The position numbers and the translations under genes were made by a program. DNA of 63,496 nucleotides, filler included, from Licmophora abbreviata (taxonomy: Eukaryota): the NCBI GenBank assembly GCA_900291995.1. It is 12 parts of 12 records of this genome, joined end to end, with 100 filler letters (N's around TTAATTAATTAA, not from the genome) between each part and the next. Parts side by side here need not be neighbours in the genome. Positions count along the whole stretch, not along the records: positions 29,078 to 34,941 come from OLMU01000155.1; positions 35,042 to 41,555 come from OLMU01000156.1; positions 41,656 to 45,663 come from OLMU01000157.1; positions 45,764 to 51,310 come from OLMU01000158.1; 8 more parts are not named here. One strand, written 5' to 3'. Of this stretch, positions 34,919-48,828 are shown piece after piece. Under the pieces are notes generated by a model that saw only the letters and a list, made by a program, of their open reading frames with translations, was not told the origin of the DNA and ran no database searches. Every line of letters begins with the position of its first letter. Within the stretch, counting starts at the first letter, position 1.

Positions 34919-37900
34919 ATGGGAGTGCCCAAGGTATGTAANNNNNNNNNNNNNNNNNNNNNNNNNNNNNNNNNNNNNNNNNNNNTTAATTAATTAANNN
35001 NNNNNNNNNNNNNNNNNNNNNNNNNNNNNNNNNNNNNNNNNAGTGAACGCTATCCCAAGATTAATCAGGTGGTGACAGACTCGGCCCTATTGCCAGAGTT
35101 TGATCACCTCTACTTGGATATGAACGGCATCATTCATGGCTGCACTCATCCCAACCACATGGACATTTCAGATGTTTTGAGCGAGCGAGACATGATGCTC
35201 GGAATCATGCATTGTGAGTAGAGCAAGTTGCTTTCAATCGGAGTACGCGCTATTGACCTCACCTTCAAAATTTCTTTCTCTCTGCTATTAGATCTGGATC
35301 GCATCATTACGCAGATTGTGAAACCGAAAGTCTCCGTGTACATGGCCATTGACGGCGTCGCTCCACGCGCAAAGCTTAATCAACAGCGATCCCGTCGTTT
35401 CCGTAGTGCAAAGGATATGGCGGAAGCTACAAAAGACATGCCAAAATCTAACGCTGAGACTGGAGAGGAGTCTAAAGGTGATCTCTTCGATTCCAACTGT
35501 ATTACGCCTGGCACAGAGTTCTTGAAGCGGGTGTCAGACACTATCGAGTATTTCATTCGCAAGAAGATCAAGGAGGACCCGCTTTGGAGGGGTTTGAAAG
35601 TCATCTTTTCCGGTCACGATATTCCAGGCGAGGGAGAGCACAAAATTATGCAGCACATTCGTGAGATGAAGAATCAACCTGGATACCAGCCCAATACGCG
35701 CCATTGCATGTACGGCCAGGACGCAGACTTGATTATGCTCGGATTGGTTTCTCACGAACCACATTTTACGCTTCTGCGTGAGATTGTGGAATTTGGATTT
35801 GGAGGTAGCTCTGGGCAGAATGTACTCAAGACGGTAAAGAAATTTACGAAGGAGTCAGACTTTCAGTTGTTGCACTTGTCTGTATTAAGGGAGTATCTGC
35901 AGATCGAATTTTGCAAGGATGTCCTGGGTATTGATTTGGAACGAACTATCGACGACTTTGTGTTCATGACTTTTCTCGTCGGCAACGATTTCTTGCCGCA
36001 CATGCCGTCGTTAGACATTGGAGACGGCGCCTTCGACTTGCTTTTCAACACTTACAAGGAGCAACGATCGGGATGGGGAGAACGAAATTACCTCACAGAA
36101 CATGGCGAAATTAGCGACGCTAGTCGATTGGAAGCTTTCATTGCTGTTATTGGAGCTGCCGAGACGGAAATATTTGAAAAGAAAGAAGGGGACGAGGCGG
36201 CGTACGTGAAAAAGAAACGAAAGTGGGACAAACGAGACGGAAGAGCGGAGGGCCCCTCGGATCTCGACCTTGCTCAGATGGAAGCGGCAAAGCAAGGCGA
36301 TTACCTCTCCATGATTGAGGACATGATGGCAAAGCACACTTTAGATGACGGAAATTTTGTCGACGGTTGGACACCAGTCAGGACGCCCGGCCAAAAGGAT
36401 TTCAAAGGTCGATACTACTTCGAGAAGCTGAAATTAGCTCCCATAGACGTGGACGAGCACCTGCAATTGAGAAAGTCGTACATTGAAGGTCTGATGTGGT
36501 GTCTAGCTTACTACTACAAGGGGTGCATTTCCTGGGGATGGTTCTACCCATATCATTATGGTACGTCTAATGGCGCGGTGTGTCGTGCCTTGATTTTTCG
36601 TCTTTTTTAAAGTTAGCTAACGAGATGAGGTTGTGTCTATTGAACAAACAGGTCCGATGTTAAGTGACCTGACAAACCTGGAAAGTGTCTTTAGCGCTAT
36701 CGAATTCGACTTGGGCGAGCCGCTGCTGCCGTTTGAACAGCTTATGGGATGTCTTCCTCCGGCGTCGTCGGTGCTGGTACCACGTCCACACAGGAAGCTC
36801 ATGACCGACCCAGACTCTCCCATAATTCAGTTCTATCCGACCGACTTCGATGTCGACATGAATGGCAAAAGGTACGCCTTCGGAAATATTCACAGCGCGT
36901 CCTTTTGGTTACTCGCGACTCAATCTATGCTGTGCCTCTCTTAGAAATCCTTGGGAGGGAGTGAATCTCTTGCCGTTTATTGATGTTAAGCTCCTCAAGA
37001 AAACGATCGCAGACCTAATTCCTGATACAGTTCTGTCACAGGACGAGCAAAGTCGAAACAAGTTTGGTTCTGTACACTGTTACACATTTGACTTGACGGC
37101 AACCGAGACGGTTCCATCGGTCAACAGGAAAATCGGTTTGCCGGATATCACCAAGTGCAACTCTAGAGTGACCGTCGTCGACGCCCGAGATCGACATGAC
37201 ATCTGTTTCAAGTCTGAGCTTGTTCCGGGAACACAGATTCCTTACCCTGGATTTCCGTCTCTCAATGTTCTGCCGATCGCTTCGACCGAACTCGTCGGGC
37301 TCGGCCTCAACTGCTTTGGAAGCCCGTCCAAGTACCCGAATACGCTTCTGACGTTGCACCCGATGCCCCAGCTCCCGCCCGCTGCACAGATTGCCGACAA
37401 TATTTTGGGGAAGTCCCTCTACATCAACTGGCCAATGATGCACGAAGGCAGCGTAGTAGCTATCTCGGACTCCACGTGTGAGATTCGTCTCGTCAAGAAC
37501 AAGAAGAAGACGAAGAAATGGAACAAAGTCGAGGTGGACCGTTGGCAAGGCGAGTCACAGGCAATGATCCAGCAGTATCTAAGCGGCGCCGGATATCCAG
37601 GCTCCGGAGGAGTACAGATCGGTGATATTCAGATCCGACTGAAACTTGTACCTCTACAAGGTATGAAAACGAATCCCAATAATGGATCAACGAAGAAGGT
37701 GTTTGGTCAGGAGGAAGCCGATGTTCCGCTCCAAGTTTGTCTGTGGCAGGCTCCAGCACCAGATCCAAGGTTCGAGGAGAGGGGACCCATGACAGTGCAG
37801 GAAAGATTCCCATCTGACTGCAACGTTGTCCTGACAAAGGGCAAGTATCGAGGGTGTCGTGGGCGTGCCGTCGGCGCGGTCGACGAGAACAAGGTTGGAG

Positions 37901-39855
37901 TCAAAGTTGAAATACTTGATCCCGAACCACCATTTGGCCTCGCGATTGCGCGTTCCGTCCAAGAGTCATACATATCATCCACCGACGCGGCAAAACTGCT
38001 AAAGATATCCCCTCAGGTGTTTGGAAAGGTGACGGGGAGCTTGTTTGTAGAACCGGGGCGCTATGATCTCGGCCTAAATCTGAAGTACGGGGAAGGTTTG
38101 TGCGTTGTGGGCTACACTCGACGAAAGATGGATACGAACAAGGGCCTTTCGAACGGTCCGAAGGCCGCCCAGAAAGCCTGGGCAGCAGGAGATTCCCTTC
38201 TGGTCGTAGGAAGTGGGAGAGTCGGCTCGGACGACAACAATGGTGAAAGAGAAAAGATTCAATGGGAGTTCACGCCGAAAACAATTAAACTTGTTTCTCT
38301 CTATCGCCAAAAGTTTCCCCAGCTATTTGCGGCACTGTCGAAACAGCCAAATGAGCGCAAGTACAATGCAAAGCAGTTGTTTGGTTCGAAAGGCGAGCAA
38401 TGGCTACCGAAAGTTCGTGATTGGTTGAATAACGTTGAGACTGCGAAGCTCCCTCGCAGCCCTGCGTCGACTGATGCAATGACTGCTCAAGCCATTGCAG
38501 CTCTCGAACGAGCGGCTGACGTCAGAAATGCCGCTCGCGCAAAAGATGGTAGCACTAAAGAGTCACTGGTGAAGATTCCTGCGTCGGCTCTCTATCGTGA
38601 AGGATCGACAGGAGCTACTGATGTGCTACTTGCTTCTGACTTGAACGATAGCGATGCTCCTGAGCTCGGCGATCGGATCGTCAACTTGTGTGCGAATGGT
38701 ATCCCCTTCGGGCTTCGAGGTACAGTTGTTTCGATCCACGAGGCGACATCTGGCTGCGTCGAAGTCGTGATGGACGAAGAGTTCATTGGAGGGTCGTCCT
38801 TACAAGGATCTTGTTCAAACTTCCGAGGAAAGCTGTGCGTTTGGGCCCATCTTCTCAAGATCTCTCCATCGAACAGTGGTAGTCTCGTCGACCAGATCGT
38901 TCCAAAAGGATCCGGAAAGGCCTCTGTATCCAAAATCATTTCTGATATTGAAAAAGAAGAGCAAGCAGCAACAACAACCATTGCTGCTCCTGAACCAAAG
39001 GCCTCTACAATTCCAAACCCACCAAGATCATCTACACCGGGCCGAGCTTCAACCGGGCATGTCCCGGCCGGAAAGGGCGGGAGACAGGGAGCATGGAGAG
39101 AAGCGAAAGGCCCTGACGAAAAGGGAATTGGCTTCCGGAACTCACATAGAGGTGGAAAGAGCGGCTTGGCTGGTTGGAAGCAGATAACGTCGCCAAGCTC
39201 ACGCATGCAAACGAAGTCTTCCGACAAGACCGCAACGCCGAAGTCTCAAGATGCTGATGCGCCCCCTCCCAACGCAACTGCGGGTCTCAAAGCAATATTA
39301 GGGATTCAGGGACAGTCTGTCGCCTCCACTGCGCCAGTCGTTGCGCCAAATCAGCCGCCACCGCCGCCTCAACCTGCGTCAGCGGCAGACAAACTCTTTC
39401 AGATGATGGCGTCCAAGCATCAGAATGGCGGCGCTGCAATGCCAATGCCATTGCCGCACCCTCAGCCTTCTAGGTTCAGTTTTACGTACGTGGAAGAAGG
39501 ACAAACCGCCCCTCCTGTTGCATCGTTCCAGCAAGGTCCACCTCCGATGGGCATGGGTATGCCAATGTTTCCTCAGGGGATGGTTGCCCCTCATCCCGGT
39601 TTCGCCATGCCACATGGATCGTCGCTTCCACCTGTCGCAGTCGCCATGCCGATGATGTCAGGTGCTGTTCATCGAAACTCGCGACAAAGGGCGACTGCTC
39701 CCCCGACGGGGCCTTCCCCTGAAGAGTTTCCTCCTCTGGGCGGAGAGGCAACTGTGACAAAGCCAGAGGAGCCCGTTGCTCCCCCATCTGTGAAGGAGTC
39801 GAGACCGGCTGCACCCATCATTCCTTCTGTGGTAGTGTCCAAGGCGAGAAAGTAA
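34919..39855 (+). CDS. XRN1: 5'-3' exoribonuclease 1, multi-exon, gap after the first exon
   Basis: MGVPR…SERYP…FDHLYLDMNGIIH, AIDGVAPRAKLNQQRSRRF, GEGEHKI, LVGNDFLPH, YYKGCISWGWFYPYHY and XRN1-type C-terminal domains. Confidence 0.96.
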
Positions 39856-39937
39856 AGAGTGATATGACGCGTAGATCCGTCACCATAACGACGTTTAGGG
39901 ACGACTTAAGCCCAACTAGCGATAATAGCACTAAACT

Positions 39938-41086
39938 TTATGCAGAGTCTACCTGTGGACCGGTTCGTGGTGAACTTACGGGTGCGGTTGTCGCATCATC
40001 CATTCCCTCGAGTTGCACATCCAGCATCTCGATAACCTTTAGGAGGGGTGGGTTTCCTCCATAACCCTCGATCTGTAGCATTATTTCTTGTTTGAGACGT
40101 CTGCATTTGTCGTGTGTATATGTGAGACTCCCGGCTTCCTTCATGAGCCCCTGCGCGTATCGCTTGACATCGACATCGTCCGTCCGCTGCTTGAGAATGG
40201 ACACTAGCCGCTTATCACTGGGGTCCTGTCGTACACAATGAATAATGGGAAAGCTGAACTTTCCTTCGGTCAAGTCCTCACAAAAGCTTTTCGATTTCAT
40301 GTACTCTTCGTCTGCAAGATTGATGAAATCATCCCGAATCTGGAAATAGAGCGCTAAATTATCCACGAGTGGAGCAAAGTGGGTATCTTGGTTGGTAGTG
40401 GCAAACGCCTGGAGGAGGCCGACGGCGAGACGAAAAAGGCCACCCGTCTTGTCCTTGACCATATCGCAATACTCCCCTTCAGTCGGACAACGCATGCTAT
40501 CTCTCCACTGTACACCATGGACAAAGATGGCTATCGCTGTGAGTACAGTCTTCATATTTCGACATGCGTAGCAGGCACGACACACGACTTACTTCAATGT
40601 CGTGTCCTTGCCCTCGATGAAGATTGAGAAGCTCCCCTACAAAGACCTATACGTGAGAAAGGACAAAAATGAATTGTCAGACACAGGTCGCCCCTCATTG
40701 ATGGCGCCCTAGATACCAGGAATATCGGCCGTTCGTACCTGCAAGGCCGTGGCGTTCCCCAAGGCATGGCATTTTTCCAAAGCTAAAAAGTAGACATAGT
40801 TTGCCGTGTTGATGACTGCTGGAACTCCAAAAATGCTGTGGGCCACAGGGACGCCTCTCCTCAGTTTGCTACTATCCTCAATATCATCTACCAGCAAGCT
40901 GGCATTGTGCAAATCTCCAACGATGTCCTTGATTTCGTCTAGAATTTGAGCATCTTCGACTTGGAACCATAGCTGAAAGCAATCAATAAGCTTGCCGCGT
41001 ACGTCCTTTCCTGGAACAGAATTAATGTATCGGAACGCCTCTAGAAGAGCCGGGTCGCTCGTGTGTGGCAACAGTGGCTCTGACAT
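39938..41086 (-). CDS. GGPS1: Geranylgeranyl diphosphate synthase (animal/fungal type III-like), 3 exons
   Basis: PGKDVR, LHNASLLVDDIEDSSKLRRG, LHRGQG, KTGGLF, FQIRDD and EDLTEGKFS. Confidence 0.92.
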
Positions 41087-41655
41087 GGTCGTACGCACTA
41101 CAATAGATCCGATCGTCATACCGGTATGTATCAACATTGAACATCAATCGAGACGGCTGTTGACGAAGCGAGAGGACGGCATATCGACTCACTCGACTCA
41201 TTCACGTCGCCTTGCGCGCTCGCGCGGCGGTGTGAGGTGTGTGTGTGAAAATGTCAGACGATTGCTGCGACCGGCAGCGGCGGCGATGATGCGGTGCCGA
41301 CACACTCTATACTAATAGGTCACGGGGGAAAAAAGAAAACGACAGGGACAGTAGACCCCCCGATCGTGTAGACAACGAATGCCGGGCTAGGCCTTGCCCT
41401 CCGAAACTGTCGAAGGGGTTTATTGGAGGAGCTGAGTTGTATCAAATCGAGCAAGTCAGGAAAAGGGCCATGAAAATTGAAACGCGGCGCCGCCGACGCT
41501 ATCGGCGCGGAAACACTAAGAAGATGGTGCTGTTCGCGCAAGCACTTGTCTTTCTNNNNNNNNNNNNNNNNNNNNNNNNNNNNNNNNNNNNNNNNNNNNT
41601 TAATTAATTAANNNNNNNNNNNNNNNNNNNNNNNNNNNNNNNNNNNNNNNNNNNN

Positions 41656-42702
41656 CGTGAATCTATTTTTGCTGCAGGTGTGCTGAGCCTTTCCTTGTTG
41701 GTGTTCCTGTTCCCAAACTTGCATCTTGTCTTTCGAGTCGGTCTCTCACTCAGTGCTGTTCTTCCTGTCTGTCTCTAGCTTCATCGAAACAGATGCTCGA
41801 CCAGACACAGGCGTCGCCCCCTCGTAGTCTTTGGAGCGGCGCGCACTGGTTCTAATCTGCTGTTTGATGCGTTCCGACTCTTAGGCGACGAATTCAACAC
41901 TACTGCTAGCTTCTCCCCTAACTTCAGAGAGCTATTCTCAGCGGACCACACCAATGGAATGAAAGAATTGTTCGAGGAAGTTCATCAAGGATGTGCTCGG
42001 TGGTCGGAACATGAAATGGCCAAGTTAATCAGTGACAGTCACCAAGCTCGTTTCACGAGACCCATGGAATTGATACGACACATTCTGGAAATTCCTTCGA
42101 AGGTACCTTTGGCATATTTTGCATTCAAGATCTTCCCGGAGCACATGGACGGTCTCCTTCATATGCGTCCAGTCGAATTCATACAGCGCTTTATACATAC
42201 TGCAGACGAAAATCGAGAGGGCAAATATATCATTCTGTGGAGACGCCGCGTCATTTCCTCGTGGGTGTCCTTTGCAATCGCCGTCCAGAAACGTGAGTGG
42301 TTTTCGGCAACTACGACAAGGGCAGACGCAGTGCCAGTATATCGACGGCAGCTGGCGAACGAAATTGCAAGACGCAGACGCTACTATCTAGAAGTACAGC
42401 AGACGCTTGATGATATGGGAGTCGAGTACGAAGTGATTGAGTATGACCGTGACCTTTCGGATACTGACAAACAAGTTGAAACGCTTCATCGACTTGCAGG
42501 CTTTCTCAATGTCTCGTCTTGGCAGAGCTCAGACATAAAGGCAGCGTTGGCCCATCAGCTATTTGTTAAAAAACAAGCGACTGTTTCGTTAGAAGATCAA
42601 GTCACGAATTGGGAGGAGGTCGTGCGATGGGGCTACGGCGGCGAGACAGAGGAATGGGAAGATCTGTTTCCTGTTCGTGGAACGCCAAATACGACGACGT
42701 AA
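41656..42702 (+). CDS. Sulfotransferase-family (Stf0-like) membrane-anchored protein; 5' end in gap
   Basis: The frame is open from the gap: hydrophobic anchor, then the PAPS loop VVFGAARTGSNLL, FAFKIF and IILWRR…SSWVS. Confidence 0.6.
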
Positions 42703-42995
42703 CATGAGCTACTAGAAACACCTACGGTATCATGGGGACGCACTTTTCGAGGTAGAGCATTACCTCTCTTCGCCTTTCGTCGTCACCTATTGCTGAACTT
42801 TATGGTACGAGTCGGTAGACTACTAAACCAATACAAAGGTGACTCATTCGACTCAATCTCGCTACGTAATCATCGCGTGGCGTCACATTCTTGAACTTGC
42901 TCGCTACTCGCTGACCATGGGGATCCTACGAATGCCATCGCTAGAGGCATTTTCTTCCTTCGGGGTTTCTAAGTCTCGCTAGTTTCCATCCAGTT

Positions 42996-45079
42996 ATGGA
43001 GGAATCTATCAGTACGCCACCATTTCACCCACAGGCAATCGAGAGTAGCTCACAAGACCTTTTCTTCACTCCCGACGAAGCTAGCGGCCACGACGAGGAC
43101 TCCTGTCCATCGGATACCAATTCATCAGGCGAGGAGTCCTTCTTTCTCACTCAGAATTCACCTCAGGACAGTGATCCCATCTCGCCGTCAGCAAGATCTC
43201 TGTGTTCTCAGTCGTCCGGGAGTGAATCGTGTGCTTCGGAGCTGGATCATACCACGATAGAGGAGGTCAATCCTGCTCTTCAGGCGCGATTGCTGCGACA
43301 CAATTTCGCCGAGTTCCCGCTTCAAGGTCGACTCTGGACTTGTTTTCGTCAAGAGGGATGGATACACAACAGCAATGGTACCTATAGCGCCCCTTTGATT
43401 CCTGGTCAATCTGAACGGCTACTCTTCGGGACGGAGCTTGATACCAGGCGAAAATTGGATTTCTTCGTCGTGCCCTATGTAAACAACACGCTGCAGCTGC
43501 CGCCGTCGTCAATGACGAATGAAGCGAAAGTGCCGTTGAGTGACGAGGAAAACAAGTATACTCTATTTTACGAGAAAATCTCATCAAGCGGATCTTTTGT
43601 ATGCGAGATGAAGGCAAGCACAAAGGCGGTGGTACAACGGACCCAGTGGCGCCTGATGGTACCGGTATTAGTGGCGCTCAAAGTAAAGCGGCACACCCAG
43701 ATCCCAGAGCATCATTGAGGAGGTCAACGAGGACGAAGGCGATCCCAGGAAAGGAGAATCGCTCTCAGGAGGCCACTGTCACTACGTTTGAGAAAGGGGC
43801 CGATCTCTTCATTAGGAGAACACGAGGAAACAAGAAACGACCGCGAACGACTCGTAGCAAGGATGCGCCACCACTTTCGGCGCGACATGATGATGAGCAA
43901 TCGCTGTCGGAAGAGATTTCCAAGTTGCCTTTCCCCACTAGGAGTGAGTGTGTCTTGCTATGCAATGACAGTCCGATCGAAAGCACGCTGCGGAGAGAAG
44001 AGGAGTATTCTCGTAGCTTCCCCAAATGGAAGTTCTTGTTGTCAACGAAACATTCGCTGTTGCTTTACGGCGTCGGATCTAAGAGAGAAATACTGGAATC
44101 TTTTTCGACACACGAGTTGGAGGGGGAAGGATGCGTCTTGATGATTGATGGGTACGATCATGATGCCGATATTGATATCTTGCTCGACGTTGTCGAGGAT
44201 TGTTTCTCAGGAGACGAGGAAGCCTCAGACGGTCGACCGCCCCATGATAGTGATGATGGACGTATGATTGGGACAGCAGCGCCGTCGAGGCTTGGCTCTG
44301 ACTCGATGGTGCACCGAGCGGCCCGGATCTCACGTAGGCTAGCAAATAGGTCGAGGAAAGACGGCCAACCTCTGTACCTTGTCATCAACAACATCGACGG
44401 CCCAGCATTTCGAAATCGGCACGCGCAGGAAGCCATAGCCGCATTGGTTATTAACAGCGGCTTGGGACACGGAGTTTGTGGCGTCCGGCTAGTCGCAACA
44501 GTTGATCACGTGAATAGTGTATCAGTTCTGTGGGATGTGGAGACGAATGCTAACTTCTCTTGGGTACGTGAGCTCTTCGCGTTGCATGGTCGATTTGTGT
44601 TTTCGCGCTGGTCCATGTAGCCAACTCTCACCTTTTTCTGTTGTTTTGTGCACGGTTCTTCTAAGATTTACAAAGAGGTTCACACTTATCGCCCATATAT
44701 CGACGAGTTGACAAAGGCCGTCGTTGCCGACGAACGTCGGACGTCATCCAAGTTTCGTCAGTCTAAGTCGGGCAAGGGAGACACGAATGTCCTTGTTGTG
44801 CTGTCGTCGTTGGCGCCGCGTCATGCCCAAGTGCTGCAGGAGCTGGCAAAGGCTCAGCTGGAATCTCCGACGTCGGGACCTGTGAATCTCAACGAACTTC
44901 GCGGTAGATGCGGCAGTGCCATGGTGACCACATCAGATAGTCAGCTCCGTCAGTTTCTAACGGAACTTGTGGATCATGAACTTGTTGAGGTTGAACGAAC
45001 CAACGGCCGAGAGTGGGTCCGAATCCCTCACTCGGTCGATATCCTGAACAATATCTTGGAGTATGGGATAAAGCGATGA
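42996..45079 (+). CDS. ORC2: Origin recognition complex subunit 2; intron 44564-44665; frame change near 43480-43590
   Basis: SLLLYGVGSK, LYLVINNIDG, LVATVDHVN, TYRPY and LRQFLTELVDHEL. Confidence 0.88.
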
Positions 45080-45129
45080 TGGTGACGCGACTTTGCGTAT
45101 ATAACCGCTAGCTAGCTTATTCGAATACA

Positions 45130-46157
45130 CTATGTGACTTCTTGATACGTAGCGGCAGACGATACAGGAACGTACTTGTCCTGTCCTCGTTGTATTCTCC
45201 AGCATTCGGATATCCACTCCACAATGGCCAGTGCTAGCATCAACAGCGGCTTCAACACGAGTACGATCAAGGTCTGATGAGCACTGTCGACTCTTGATCG
45301 AAGCCATATTAGCAAAAAGACGATGAAGCGAACCGTTGGGAAGAGTGTTAGCTCCAGAAGTCGCCTTGACCTGTCGGCGAGGGCGTCTTTGGATGCACAC
45401 ATCGCCAACCAAATATAGATGATGAGAGGCCGCATGATTCGATGCGTGAGAGTTTGATACTTGCGCCGAAAGCGCTGTCCTTCCCAAGCGAGCGCTGATC
45501 GATACGTTGGCCCGAGAAGGCTATGGTCCTGAATAGGATCACCTACCCGAGGAGTCAGAAAGCAAAACTCACTGTCTCCGACAAATCCTGACTTGAGCGC
45601 CTGCGTAGCGCTCGGCACAACAAAGAGCAGTGGATCGTTCACGGCGTAGTAATTCACACACCGNNNNNNNNNNNNNNNNNNNNNNNNNNNNNNNNNNNNN
45701 NNNNNNNTTAATTAATTAANNNNNNNNNNNNNNNNNNNNNNNNNNNNNNNNNNNNNNNNNNNNCGAGAGACGTGACCAAGGCGCCCTGAGAATGTGCAAT
45801 ATGAATGACTCTTCCGCGTTTTCCCACGGCCGCTACTGCCTCCTTCAGATGCTTAACCAGTGAATCGACCTCTGCCGTAATGCGTCCGAGCTTCTGTGTC
45901 CCTGCTTGAGTGAGGTCGCCGAGATAACCCATGAGATCTTCGTCGTGAGACATTGACGTAGGATTATGACAGTACAAGACTGGCTTTCCTCCAAACAGGA
46001 CCGATATCTTGCCTCGGCCCTCTTCCATGTGCTCCACGCTATGTGCTATCCCATTGACCCAGGTCAGTCGGGTGTTTCGAACAGCGTCGACTGACAAGGA
46101 ACTTGTACATATCAGTCCCACGACCAGCAATCGGCTCCAGATCACTGACGCCCCCAT
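45130..46157 (-). CDS. Secreted or membrane alpha/beta-hydrolase-like protein (AHSQG), split by gap
   Basis: Signal peptide, WVNGI, CHNPT, IAHSQGAL, NYYAVNDPL and C-terminal hydrophobic segments. Confidence 0.6.
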
Positions 46158-46756
46158 CGAACTTTGTGCAGAGAACAGCGAGACTACACATCCATAGTAC
46201 GGTCACGATCTGAAGCGCTTCGGCCGTCGAGACTCAAACCTCATGGCAACTGTGATGCTGTGACGCTCTCTACCTGCTGATGTACATAAAGGACAGATGC
46301 CATGGTGAGATCGCGACTTGACTCACGCGACGACAGCAGGGCTGTGTGAGAATGCTGAGAACAGGCAAAAGTCAGTCTGCCAAAATTCTGGATTCCTCTT
46401 TCTACGTCGGAAGCATCACTCTAACTCTTCCGCCCTATAGACTAGTCGACCGCAACTTGATACTTACGTCTAAAGTAGCATGGTAAAGGACACCCGCAAC
46501 GCGACACCCTATAAGAGAAACGGCCTTCTCTGCTTATTCTCTGATGCTATAGAAGTACGAGCCATCATTGCATCGACGGACACCAACGCATCGGACTCCT
46601 TCGATGCAGTGTCTGGCCAGATCCAACGTAGTGACATCTCACCTGTAAGGGCTACAACGATACGAAGGCACATACACACTCGTAGACATGTTTCTTGTTC
46701 GAACGCAACCCCCAGCTGCTTGTTCGAATAATTCCCCACGACACCGATCGGTTGCT

Positions 46757-47567
46757 TCACACCCGATCCGAGTCTACGCAAGCATCCTCCCATCGAAGCA
46801 TTTCGGTGGTGGCTTCCTGAAGCTTCTCTTTTGCACTTTGGATTTCTCGTCGAAGTGCATTTCTCTGTGTCACAAAGCACAGGAGGGCGAGCAATGCGAT
46901 TTGTGAGAGTTGATCCGGTCCAAGACCGAGCGCATACATCAACAGACATATGACATACCTCAGTAATCGTCTCTCGAACCTGACCTGCCAGATGGGCGAC
47001 CTCTTCATCTTCTGCCTCAGTACCCTTCTCCCGTCCTTCCATGTCAACTCGCATTTTCTTGTTCTCGGATCCCAAGACTCCATTTCGTCGACGCAACGCT
47101 GCGTCTCATCTATCAACCGGCGTAGCTGACCATCTCGCTTCTTCGTGCACGCCTCACTAGTGCGAATCCGTCCTTCCAAGACGCGTACAAAGATATCTCT
47201 TTGCACTTGATGGCTTGCATAGACGCGATGAACCGACTCTTCCCATGCCTCTTGCATCATATGGATCTGTCCCTGCGTGTCCTCCATCTCCTGACAATTC
47301 TTTTCCACCTGAGCTAAACGCTCTTCGCGTTGCTCCTGAGCTTTCACCAACTCAAGCTCGACTCCATGACGCTCACGAACAGCTGTGAGCATGGCGCTGC
47401 GGACCGCACGATTCTTCTTGGACTCCACGTCGTAGAGGGACTCGAGATCTTGAAGGTCAGCTTGCGCCCGTGCCAGCGTCGAGCGTTCCGCTCCGAGCTG
47501 CAACGCTTGGTCCTGAATACGAGCCGCTACGGCAGCAATGCTTTTTGAGGGATCTGCGTCGTTCATG
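46757..47567 (-). CDS. Coiled-coil hypothetical protein; intron 46865-46958; apparent frameshift near 47075
   Basis: Heptad-rich ORF with GTATGT donor and CACAG acceptor. Confidence 0.55.
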
Positions 47568-47870
47568 GCGATGCAGATGAGGGAGATGACGACTTGAAAC
47601 TGCTGGTGGTTTTGCTCTTCTGTCACCTGTTATACACGTTCATCATGATCAATTGTCGTCATTGCCGCATCGCTTGCGCGCGAGACGACAGATGCCCGAC
47701 AACAAATCTTTGGCGCGCCCGCCTGTCCATCGTACGGAAGAATCCTAGCAATCGTCCACCGGAGATGAATCATCATGCTATAAATCGATCTACGGTACTG
47801 CGAGATACCCTGTGAGTTTCTTTTCCGCACATGACCTCATGAAACATGTATTGGCAGAAACACTTCATAC

Positions 47871-48538
47871 CTACACTGTCTGCACCATCGGACCCAAGCC
47901 GAATGGACTAACCGCCATCAACAAGGCATACCCGACACCGACACTGCCGGCGAATTGTGCAACCAGGAAGGGTGGAAAGCGAGACTTTATGTCTTTCTTG
48001 TACCCCAGACTATAGAGAAATCGAGTTGCAGCCACTACGAGCAACATCAGTCCCGCCACATTCGGGCGATTGGCCAAGACGGCTGTTATGAATGCCGACG
48101 CGACCTTTCATGGGAACATAGGGAAGCAAGAGAAAGCAACATGCTATGAGCTGTAAGCCCTTCCAGGGTCCATGCAAATCACATAATGCGCCTTACAAAG
48201 ATCGGAAGATTTTCAACAAAGTTCTGGTGTCCACGTTGGATACAGTTGAACTGAACGGCGTGTTTGTTCTGTTTGCAAGCGTATAGATTTGGCAGCTTTA
48301 CATCGAACTCACGTCGAGCACACACAACACATCCGGTCAAATAAGAAATTGTGTTGGCAAGAGCGAAGAATGAGAGTCCCAACAGAGCAAAGGGGTGCGT
48401 AGCTTGCGGTAGAAGCGATGCTATCTTTCGTTCCAAGCTTATCCACTCAAAAATCAATGCGAAGAGAGCGCCCCAGAAGTTTGGAAGAAAGAAGACGAAA
48501 AATGGCGCTGGCTCCGGCAAGATCTCCTTAATTGCCAT
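47871..48538 (-). CDS. MAPEG-family microsomal glutathione S-transferase 3-like, 2 exons
   Basis: ARREFDVKLPNLYA, FNCIQRGHQNFVEN and RFLYSLGY. Intron 48105-48196. Confidence 0.88.
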
Positions 48539-48828
48539 TGTTAGTGCTGAAAGGTAAAAGGCGATAGCGGAGAGTGCTGGTCAAGTCGATGCATGAACAG
48601 CTTGCTCTGTCGATGATGATGATTAGACGAACCCTAACAAAACAATGAAATCGAAAATGGATCTTTTCGCGCAGGCGCGCTCGCTCATCACAGCGCGCGT
48701 TTTGACGTTTCACGAGGTCCAATGAGGGTGAGCTCGATTCGAACATTCAGCGAAGCTCTCGTCTGTCGCCGGCGTCCCGCCGCCAGAAAAGCGACAAAAG
48801 AAAAGTTCGCGGCATCACGGCGACGACA

